A DNA stretch of 59,480 bases, filler included, from Sphacelaria rigidula (taxonomy: Eukaryota), in NCBI GenBank assembly GCA_964200075.2. It is 8 parts of 8 records of this genome, joined end to end, with 100 filler letters (N's around TTAATTAATTAA, not from the genome) between each part and the next. Parts side by side here need not be neighbours in the genome. Positions count along the whole stretch, not along the records: positions 44,687 to 52,033 come from CAXNAA020015317.1; positions 52,134 to 59,480 come from CAXNAA020015318.1; 6 more parts are not named here. One strand, given 5' to 3'. The position numbers and the translations under genes were made by a program. The notes under the pieces were generated by a model that was given only the letters and a program-made list of their open reading frames with translations, did no database searches and was not told the DNA's origin. Numbering within the stretch: the stretch's first letter is position 1; every line of letters begins with the position of its first letter. This document shows positions 50,419 to 59,480 of the stretch, in pieces.

Positions 50419-51710
50419 GCCAATCCTGCATGAAAACGGAAGAGGCACTTGCAAGCTGTGGCTGTGGCTAACATCAAGAGCGATGGGGGCGGATGCGGGC
50501 GAGCAATCGGCAATCCCGCATGAACACAGAAGAGGCACTTGCGAGCTGTGGCTAACAGCAAAAGCGATGGAGGCGGATGCGGAATGGGTATTCACTGAAC
50601 TCCTCCTCAGTCTTTTGGTCGGCTGAGGGACGAATGTTCGGAGATCCTGCACCACTTCTGCCGCATCGCCGTTGCCGTTTGGATGTCTGCGGAGGTGCTA
50701 CAGGAGTGCAGGGACGCCACTTTAAGTGCGTTGGACAAGAAAAAGGATAACGAGAAGACCGAGAGTGCTTCCACCCACACGGGAATCTCCCTCGCGGCGC
50801 ATGGTGAAAATTCTCACTGAAGCGTAACCAATAGGGTCGGCAGTTTCTGCGAGGAGATCGGGCGTAGTACCCATCCCGGGAGAACAGCGCGGATTCTCCT
50901 GCCAACGATCGACCACTGATATGGTGCTCGTCGTACGCCGAACTATGAGCGATGGGACGAGCCAGCGATAGGAGCGCATTCGAACGTATGCTTCATCCAA
51001 CTACAAGCAGGCGTGCCACTTCGGAGACCGTACGCTCTTGTGGGAAGCGCTTGGTCGTTCCGGAGTTCTGCGGCGGACATGAAGAAACCAAGTGCATGTG
51101 GGGTAGGGTATACCCGATATTGTGGAATTTTGAAAAGCCGCACAACACCTGCCTAAGTCAGTCAAAATGGCTTGTATGGGCTCTAGAGAGGGAAACAACA
51201 GCACCGGACTGGCGGCTGCTGTGGACATGGGTCGGATCTCCTCTTTTCCAAAAACACGACAATATCGGGTATACCCCACCCGACACACGTCCTTGGAAGG
51301 AACCATCTGTAGTACAGTCTTGTTTCTTATTTGATTATTTTTATTCAACGCCGACTGAAGTGCGGAAGTTTTAAGCAGTCATGCTCCACACTATCAAGTG
51401 TCTAGACCAAAAAAACATCCTGAGAAGAGGGGTCATCACGATCAGGATGGACAGCCGGCGCAGCAGACATTGATCATCGGTGGAGGAATCAGCACGCCGC
51501 GGGACGGACGTCACGGCGCAGATCGCAAGCGGTTACTACTCGAAACGTGTCTCGTAGCCGAACTTCATGATTATATTGGTGCTGTATTGTCAGAGCTGTG
51601 TCTGGCGTGGAACCACGATGCCGAAACGTCTCATTTTGTCAGACAGGCAAATACCCCGCGACAGCTCGGCGAAGCGATTGGTTACTGGACCACCAAAGAC
51701 TCGACGTACA
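50419..51710 (+). mobile_element. Highly decayed RTE-like LINE RT remnant (locally duplicated 5' segment, interrupted by a MITE)
   Basis: Fragments resembling AVANSKAM..D...ELL, HKKKD and EQRGF..QRSTTDMVLVVRR in shifting frames; ~90-bp tandem duplication at 50419-50582. Confidence 0.6.
51089..51295. mobile_element. hAT-type MITE related to 45236-45419
   Basis: CAAG...GGGGTAGGGTATACCCGATA / TATCGGGTATACCCCACCCGACACACGTCCTTG; 8-bp flanks GAAGAAAC / GAAGGAAC (7/8 identical). Confidence 0.75.
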
Positions 51711-52489
51711 ATCTTACTCTAAGTTGATAGTGGGAGACAAGAATGCCATAGCGACCGCCTCCATGGGTATCAGATTAATATCACTACGGTAGCGAAGTTC
51801 TGGCCCTGTCTGTGCGGAGACGTGGACTCTTGCCAGGTATCTTTGCAGCATTCTGGGGCAGAACCAACAGTTTGCGTGAGAGAACCTGCACGTCGAAGTG
51901 TCGCGCGAATTGTAGCCGCAACGTTGAGTCTAGTGCCCTTAGATATACGCGAGCCCCCCCCCCCCTCAACACCCTACCCACCCCCCTGCGCCTGCCGGCC
52001 CCGCTAGCTGCCACCTCAACACCAGATGCACTGNNNNNNNNNNNNNNNNNNNNNNNNNNNNNNNNNNNNNNNNNNNNTTAATTAATTAANNNNNNNNNNN
52101 NNNNNNNNNNNNNNNNNNNNNNNNNNNNNNNNNTCACTTAAAGCGAATGATCAAAGTCACTCTCAATCGAATATTCTACTACTCTCAATCTCACGAAAAC
52201 ACTGTTTGTTATATGCGGATGCAACGGGCCTTACAGACTGGAAAACGGGTTAAGTCCCCCCCCCAGTGCAGCACTGTCGACATTTCAAAGCTCGATTACC
52301 CCATGACAAAGAGGGTGCCAATACCAAACGATGCGTTTTCGAATAGCTAGTGATGAGATCTTTTCAGCGTCACCCTTCCCAGAACTGATGCTCTTATCGT
52401 GGAGTAGTCGAGCCTTGAAATTCGGTCAAGGGGGTCAGCGATGGGTCGCGATATTTACGGTGTACCGTTTTCACCGCACTGCAGGGTTC

Positions 52490-52785
52490 GAGGTCACATG
52501 CAGTGCACGTCCGTGGCAGTGGATACACAAACAGAGGATATGACTGCTGCATACTGCCTGCACTACGGTACTACACGTGAAGACTTAACTTCGTTTACTA
52601 TGCGTGTGTTACTGCTGTGTACTACTGCCTGCTTTGTACTACTGCCTGGACTCCGGTACCACGCGTGAAGGCTTCGTCAAGTTTGAAAACATCCGCAACG
52701 TTTAGTCGATTCAAAAAAATGGGCTCCTGAATTAAAAAACAATGCGGAATCGGTTATGATAAAACGGTGGAAACGAGGATCCTGA
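52490..52785 (+). repeat. Dispersed repeat shared with 35700-35880
   Basis: See the reciprocal entry; contains an internal duplication of the TACTGCCTG...ACGTGAAG block. Confidence 0.6.
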
Positions 52786-53499
52786 TGGACACATCTGACC
52801 TAACTTGGAGATCATACTCACGTGATTCTCGACACCGATGGAGCACCCGGGCTCTTCTTGGCGTTCTCAGTGAGGTTCTGCGATACCCCATAGGCTCGAG
52901 CGAAGAAACGATTACAAACCACGCCGTCGGAAGCATGCATGGACCTCATGTTTTTACCTGGTTTCTGATACGGCACGTGCCCTCGTACCCAAGTCAGTCT
53001 TGCTTGGCGCGCGACGATACGATCGAGGTCCTCTCGTTCGAACGCCAACCTCCGAGCATCAAGTGTCCCTTCAAGGAACCGCTCTACACACCGTAAACTG
53101 CGACAGCACTCGAAACTCGATGCAATCATATCGTGCAGCTCCATCGGCCGTGTGGGGAGAGCTGCAGCCGACACCGGAACGATCGACTGGAGGAGGGGTT
53201 GCTCTGGTTGCCGTCCTTGTGGAGTCAAGCCGCCGGCATGCCCACATGATGATGCGATGTTCCGCTCTGCGGATTCAACCGAGGTCGCGAACAGGAGGCG
53301 ACCTGCCTCTGTGATAGGCATAAACGCACGCTCGACACTAATTCCTCTGGTGTGTTGGTGTTTCAGAGTGGGTGTTGTCGATACTTTGTGCCGGCTGGGG
53401 GCAGGGCGGTGATGCTCTGGCAGTAATTGAAGTGCTGTCGCGGTTCCGCATCTTGACCAATCTTGTCGGGAATTAAAAGCAACATGCCCTGATCGCTAG

Positions 53500-53749
53500 A
53501 ACGTCGGGACAAATATGCTGTGGTTCTGTGCGCAACCGCCTATGTGCACCAGAAGCGCGATCAGATAATGGGACACATGTCGACAAATATCGGAATCATT
53601 AAGTCTTTTCACCTGCCTGACTGGTATGATTGTTTCGATGGCATGGCAACCGACATGCTGCAAACGGGTCATCATCCCACAGAAAGTGACGACCGTAACA
53701 AACACGCCGATGTACTAGTCACCAAGTACGATAATATCAGTCAACACGG
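53500..53749 (+). CDS. Possible upstream exon of the ParB-domain gene
   Basis: ctag acceptor, open frame RRDKYAVVLCATAY...NISQHG, GG|gtaatc donor in phase 2 matching the acceptor at 53962; the stronger gtgagt donor at 53765 would include a TAA. Confidence 0.35.
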
Positions 53750-53962
53750 GTAATCCGTACTCATGTGAGTTTGATATGACCCAGATACGTCGCTACGTTC
53801 CCAGTGCAGGTGGCTTCGTGGGTGACCTGGGTAACGTGCCCCGATCATGCTCGATCCCATCCCCCTCTCCCCCTACCGCCCCCCAACGTAACACAACCCA
53901 CTACGCTGCTGCCTGCGGCCTGCATCCCAATACACTCAAGCAGCAGGCTACCATTGTTTCAG

Positions 53963-54378
53963 GCGAATGGAATTCCCTGATGTCAGAAGCCAACCGTCAG
54001 GTGCAGTAGCGCCAGTACAGCGGAACATGGAAAGCCTCCTCACAAGCCACTACGTTGGTACGTTTCCGATAAAGTTATCTCAAATCACCGTGACGTCCCT
54101 CACGCGCGAGCTGAACCCTCGTGGAGTGGAGAAGGTCATCACTTCGTTGAAGTCAAAGGGGTGGCTTACGCACAATCCGCCAGCCATCGTGATGCCGCAC
54201 CAAGGAGTTCCGGAAGACGGAGGAGTAACGCCGGAGTTTCTCGCGACGTGTGCTTTTCGCGTCTTAGACGGAAACCATCGGATATCTGCCGCAAGATCGA
54301 TTTTCGAGAAAGATCACTGCGTGCCCTGTCGAGTGTACCACGAATTTGGGCCAGAGGTCATGCGCATCCCCGGCGACG
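53963..54378 (+). CDS. ParB/Srx-fold N-terminal domain exon (TRELNPRGVEKVITSLKSKGWL...FRVLDGNHRISAAR...VPCRVY)
   Basis: All ParB/Srx N-domain blocks in order, with DGNHR at 54267-54281; ttgtttcag acceptor and G|gtgagt donor. Confidence 0.85.
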
Positions 54379-55500
54379 GTGAGTCGTGATATTGATCGAT
54401 GGTATTTTCTGTGGCCACGTGCCCCCGCAATCGTTTCGAGAGCACCGAACTATCTCATGATGCCAACATAATTGTTGCACGGCCTAGTGTTTGAAAAATG
54501 CCGACACAATGGTTGGGTCATCCGAGTCAGGTATGTACAAAAAAACGGTTGTTGTGGCTGCACACTAATTTAGCGCTAAGAATTGAGGCTCGGCCTCTCA
54601 CACGGCTCGTCCGCGGGTCTATGATCGAAGCGATGGTTCACGTGTGCCTGAGGTGTAGACTTTGGATCCTTGACTACTTTTCCTCGTGTTTTTCGAATAC
54701 TGTTTTTATGCTTTTCGCCTCGACTTTTTTTCGTTTTCGGCAGGCACATTTTTCCTTTTTTTGTGTCTTTTTTTCTTTTTTTTGTGTGCCTTATTTCTTT
54801 TTCAGCCTCTAAAAAAGGAAATCGGCACCTCAAGGGTTTTTATGCACCTTTTCTCTTTTTCGCGCTCAAAAAGAACAGTATGGCCCTTCACTTCGCATAC
54901 CCGAGCGTGCCGGCAGGTATATCTTTGCTTCAGCGCCTGGGTGTTTCCGGTTGCCGTTTGTATACATATATTTGTTAGCGAGAATTCGCACGTCTCAGGA
55001 CATGTCTTCGCACTTTTGTCTCGAGCGAACAAAAAGAGCGGTGGAATTGAGTCAAGTGAATAGTTTTCGTTTGGATGCAGTTGGGCCCGGATGGATGTCC
55101 AAGCTTCCGATCCAAAAACGAAAGTGAAATTCGTGAAACGGTACATGGTCTGTACCGTTTGCACTGCTTGCAAGTAGGATGTCTTGAGTGCGTGTGTGCG
55201 TGCTTCGCGCAGGAGAAGATAAAGGGGAAGTTGACAATGTGCAGTTCAGACAGCCCAAGGCTATCGGTTCTCTCTGCTTACAACTACTGTAGTGTATGTA
55301 TCCCTGTGCTCAACTCGTGCTCTATGCTGCATAGTTGCGGTGGTAGCTGTGAATGAGTTGGATGGAGTTTGCATGGTCCTGACGGGTGTTATTTGGCGTG
55401 GTGGTCCGTAAGACGAGGGTCAAGTGCCGCTTCGTGCCTTTCGACTGGATGGTTTCGATCGAAAAAATATGGTTTTTCACCCGTTACATGCTTCTCCGCG

Positions 55501-55659
55501 CGCCGCTGATTATAATTCTGAGTTGAAACCTTTGAGACACGTAAAGGTAGTGGACCTATCAGATGGGCAGAAAAAACGCGCGCCGCTGATTATAATTCTG
55601 AGTTGAAGCCTTTGAGACACGTAAAGGCAGTGGACCTATCAGATGGGCAGAAAAAAACG
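55501..55659. repeat. 80-bp tandem duplication within the long intron
   Basis: CGCCGCTGATTATAATTCTG...GGGCAGAAAAAACG twice, differing by 2 substitutions and 1 indel. Confidence 0.9.
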
Positions 55660-56796
55660 TCGATCGCGCTTTTTCGATCGAAAAAAAAAGTGCTAAGACA
55701 CGCCCTCACACACCAAATGTCGTCCTTGCGGGAAATATCTGCGAGACTTGCGACACACCTGGATGTTTTCCCGAAAGTCCCCAACTTTTCATATTTGTTC
55801 TGCGATGATGTGTGACGGCCATTTTTCTCCGACAAAGAGCAGAAATCTGTTCCGTTTCTCGCTTCTTTTGTTAGTCCCGGTGAGGTGGGCCCACCTCGCA
55901 ATTTTGTGCATGGCAAGGCTGTGATCGGTCCAAACATTTTGCCATTCATAACCTTCACCCTTATCTCCCAGCCCTGTGTGAAAAATTGGCGGCGGGGGGG
56001 GGAGGGGGGGGGCAGTGGCCGATCGTCATCGACGGGACGTGTTTAGGCGCATTTTTTTCAGACCTTTCGTTCAGTTCTCAGATTCCAAACGAAAATAAAA
56101 CATAGCAGATTCTAACGCCACAGTTCTGTGGTAACATGCAGTCGGATTTACATCGTGCGGTCTGTCGACATAATCGGCAGCTCGGCTGTCGCCGCTTATC
56201 ATGCCGATTCTTGTCACAGGCAATAAGAACCTGACACAAACTGTCTGTGTGGTCCAGATGCGTCGGGTTACGGCCCAGACACAGACACCTCCGAATGTCG
56301 TGCTTCAGCCGTTAAGATGATTGCAGGATACCTGCGCGTTTTTCTGGTGACCGTTTTTGATTTTGGCCGAACGAACGATCTCGTCCGCGATTGTTGACAC
56401 CTGCGATTGTATTGCTGCACTCGTTGAGACGATTCAATGACACGTTTGCGTTTTCCGGTGGCCGCCAGTGAATTTTGCAACAATTGCGTTTTTGTCCGAG
56501 AATGTCTGTTGGATAAAACACGGGGCTTGTTGTTTCCCGGCTGACCGTGCTCGGACAAACATGCGAGCCTCGCAAATATTTCACCTCTGTCCGCCTTCAA
56601 ACGCAAAGTGTCTTGGGATCGTCAGAGCGAATAGAGAAAGACATATGAAGGACCAAAGGGACGACTTAATAGATTTATATTGTTGTTGACCAGCATCAGC
56701 TGTGTCAGAGAGGAAATGTTTTCGAAAAAAAAGTCTGGTACATTGGAGAATAATAACCGCGTCAACCGTTGCTGTTGCCTGTATGCCTTCGAACAG

Positions 56797-56936
56797 CTTT
56801 CAACGCCGGCGAAACTCTGTCTCCCCGCAACACGTACGACAGGCTTTACATGTTCGTTGGGATCATAACCTCTGTCCAGGAGAGGACGGGCAGCCATGCC
56901 GTCACGGGGGAACAAATAGCGAAGAAGTTCACGAAC
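56797..56936 (+). CDS. ParB-domain gene exon (AFNAGETLSPRNTYDRL...TGEQIAKKFTN)
   Basis: aacag acceptor in phase 1 matches the ParB exon; AAC|gtgagt donor; resembles the ParB EN..R..L...E segment and the first HTH helix. Confidence 0.7.
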
Positions 56937-57256
56937 GTGAGTAGTGGAATGTGAAACACAGGGTACTACAAAACCGGGTCTTCATTACACGGGGACGATG
57001 GTGTGCATTGGGTGAGGTTTAAAGTCGTAGTGTATCATATGTGCGCTGCGGGTTACGTACGTTACATCTCGGAACCGAGTCAAGTCCGCTCGTATTGTGG
57101 TAAACTAGTTGCCGGACGATTTACGACGCGTGCACTGCGTCTCCCACCCACTCGTACGCCGAGAAACAATCCAGTGTGCAGCGAACACGACATTCACCGC
57201 ATCTACTGCATGTTTTTGTGCACGACCCGATGGTGCCCCCTCGTTACCGAGAACAG

Positions 57257-57477
57257 CTGGGTATTAATTCTCTGTCGCTCGTGACGATGCGGCACTGGCG
57301 GAAGGCCTGCTTCTCCACTACACCGGAAGCAATGAAGGCCATTGCCTGGGAGTTCCAGACGTCGGACCCCGGTATCGACGAAAAATGTGTTTTGCTAACA
57401 TACCTGAAGAGCAAGGCTTACAGCGATCTACACGCCAAACTCGCAGCGCAATCGATCGCCGTCAATATGCTCGTAAG
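57257..57477 (+). CDS. ParB-domain gene exon (LGINSLSLVTMRHWRKA..., HTH recognition helix)
   Basis: aacag acceptor, phase 0; donor AG|gtatgc (alternative CTC|gtaagg at 57472). Confidence 0.65.
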
Positions 57478-58127
57478 GTATGCACCGCCGGTACATCCAG
57501 TCGATTGCTGTGATAATCTAGAGTTATCTTCCATTAATTCGCCGCACCGAAGGATGACGAGAGTGTGTCATTTGGTATGTCCTGGTTGATAGACCGTCAT
57601 AACAAATTTATCCAAGGTGTTACCACACATACCCCCCACCTCCGCGCGAAGCAGTCCACTTTCAAAATTGAGGATAGATTTTTGGTAGAGGACCAACCTC
57701 GGGAACCTTCATCAACATCGAAAAGGTTTCGAAATCAAAATACAAAAGCATTCTCCGGTTGGGATGTGTGACCTCAGTCATCGTAGCAAAAAAAAATATA
57801 ACATGAACAGTTTTTTGCACCGGAATCGCTGGAGGACGATAGCGACCCGTATAAACGTCGGCGGTCACGAATTGCAGATGTAAAAATTATTTATTTATTA
57901 ATTAATTAAAGATTGTATGAGGATGGTTGGTTGGGACGGTTGGTTGGATGGGTAGTTGAATTTTGAATATAATTAAAACTGTATATAAATATTCCTTATT
58001 AATTAATAAAAGATTGTTTGAGGATGGATGGTTGGGATGGTTGGTTGGATGGTTGGTTGAATTTTAATTTTTGGATACAGGAAAGACAATATCGACCGGT
58101 ATTAATACCGGGGGTTGCGAATTGCAG

Positions 58128-58415
58128 ATGGCTGCTTTCGAGGATGAGCGAGGCCACACATGACAGGCGGAGAGTGCAGATGTGTGTATATTTCGAAAAT
58201 ATCGCGATGCGCATGAAATATCCCAAGGGCGGTACCCAGATGACATTCACCCTCGATTTTCGACCGTGCCACGCCAGACACTCGAGGGCGAACAAGATGA
58301 CAGCCACACCGAAAGATTGGGATCGGATCACCAAAAACGCCGGCATAGCACACAACCTGGTGGAGAGAATCGAGAGCGTGGTCCCTCGTCTTGCTTGGAC
58401 GGACAGGTTTAAGGA
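58128..58415 (+). CDS. ParB-domain gene exon (5' boundary uncertain; alternative start 58081)
   Basis: In ORF 58018-58419; GA|gtgagt donor, phase 2; both candidate acceptors pair in phase with an upstream donor. Confidence 0.5.
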
Positions 58416-58586
58416 GTGAGTGCCGTTAATCTGTAGCCCGGCCACCGCCCGAGGTGAGGCGCCCTGTCCATATCGAGACCACGTTAGAATGCGCCGCCGT
58501 GTATGTGACTATCTCTGCACACTAGTCGACCTGTCACGGACTGTTGTGCGACGTCTGATGTTTTCGATTCCGATTTCTGCGAACAG

Positions 58587-58779
58587 CAGCGTGCACAGAA
58601 TGATAAACGGTACGTACGGGTTGGGAGATTTCCTGCTGTTCGTGGGGGACTACATATCGTCCGTAGACAAGACGATATCAGAGACAAGAGAAAGCCTGCC
58701 GGCCGAAGAACAGGAAGGCGAAGCCATGAAGGAAATCGAGGCGGTCTACAAGCGAAGACCTCCACGGCCCTTGGAGCTG
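58587..58779 (+). CDS. ParB-domain gene exon (SVHRMINGTYGLGDFLLFVGDY...PRPLEL)
   Basis: aacag acceptor, phase 2; CTG|gtgcgt donor, phase 0. Confidence 0.62.
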
Positions 58780-59053
58780 GTGCGTTGCTCCCCGTCGGTA
58801 TTTGACTTTATCGTAAGAAAGTGGAGACATATATTCGCTGTCGCGAGCTGATCGGTGACCGGCGTCGCTGCTCAGGCACGGAAGTCAACTGTATCTTTCC
58901 CGGTAACACTGATCGAGGAGGGTAAAACACCACCACCGCCCACGTACATTTGCACTCCAGAGACAAAGCAGAGACGTGATGCCGCTCGTCGTTCTGTTGT
59001 ATCTTAGTTCATACTTGACACAACAGAGATACTGCCGTCACCCCCGATCGCAG

Positions 59054-59286
59054 ATGACACAAAGAGGGACCCTCAAGTCTTTCAGCGAAACGTGGAGAAA
59101 CAAATGGAACGCGATAAACGACAAGACAGCGCGTTTAAAACTCGTGGGTAGCGGCGGCGAGGGAGATATGAACGATGCATCCGTTGGGGAGGCCGACGGC
59201 GAGGGTGAGGAAGGCAGAGACCGTCCAGCAGCGGGTAGTCGCGAGGGCAAAGTGTGTGAGTCGTGCAAACCCACCCTACACGTCAG
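59054..59286 (+). CDS. ParB-domain gene exon ending in the first CxxC of a PHD-like finger
   Basis: cgcag acceptor, phase 0; acidic linker then KVCESCKPTLHV; AG|gtgaga donor, phase 2. Confidence 0.65.
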
Positions 59287-59425
59287 GTGAGAGTGAAAAT
59301 AGCGCACATGGAGTATCTAGTCGGAGGGCGGGCACCGAGGTACACACCCATCGATGAAGGCATTGCTCGCGAGACTATCGATCGATTCGCCGCCGACATA
59401 TATTCCTCTGTCCTCATTCCCGCAG

Positions 59426-59480
59426 GTATCGATGCACGCACTGCGGGGTTGCACACCATACGTTCTGCGACCTGCTCGCC
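59426..59480 (+). CDS. ParB-domain gene exon, PHD-like finger (RYRCTHCGVAHHTFCDLLA, truncated by window end)
   Basis: Strong polypyrimidine tract plus cgcag acceptor, phase 2; the join gives Cx2C-x9-Cx2C-x4-H-x2-C. Confidence 0.65.

Noticed and set aside
7349-52133. TTAATTAATTAA palindromes every ~7.45 kb as a CRISPR-like or regulatory array
   Set aside because: Each is embedded in exactly 44+44 Ns, so it is a synthetic linker.
52767-53412. Further upstream exons of the ParB-domain gene
   Set aside because: Several open frames exist, but I could not fix a phase-consistent splice path or identify a domain.
53963-54378. Sulfiredoxin, or a bacterial contaminant parB
   Set aside because: It lacks the catalytic Cys (GNHR rather than GCHR), is bounded by spliceosomal sites, lies among host-type repeats and has no parA neighbour.
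17191-59480. Cluster of chromatin readers (chromo, Tudor-like, PHD) as one system
   Set aside because: They lie on separate concatenated contigs, so their co-occurrence carries no linkage information.

Overview
Eukaryotic, intron-rich, transposon-dense DNA. A brown alga (Phaeophyceae) or related stramenopile is my inference from composition, intron style and TE spectrum, not something proven here. The window is not one locus. It is eight contigs of 7348/7347 bp joined in size order by an artificial 100-bp spacer (44 N + TTAATTAATTAA + 44 N), so nothing should be read across the spacers. Genes rebuilt by splice-phase reasoning: two Kelch-repeat exons (contig 1); an RNF212/Zip3-type meiotic RING E3 ligase with a polyQ tail, head-to-head with an Obg-family GTPase, each using a GC-AG intron (contig 2); the 3' exons of a possible RRM protein with a Gly/His/Ser-rich tail (contig 4); and a multi-exon gene encoding a ParB/Srx-fold domain (DGNHR), a ParB-like HTH and the start of a PHD-like zinc finger (contig 8), which is the best candidate for an undescribed system. 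The rest is decayed Gypsy/LTR elements (one with a chromodomain plus a second Tudor/PWWP-like module), a roughly 1500-codon Gag-like ORF, LINE remnants, SINEs and MITEs with recognisable TIRs/TSDs (piggyBac-, Tc1/mariner- and hAT-type). No rRNA, intact tRNA or CRISPR array was seen.
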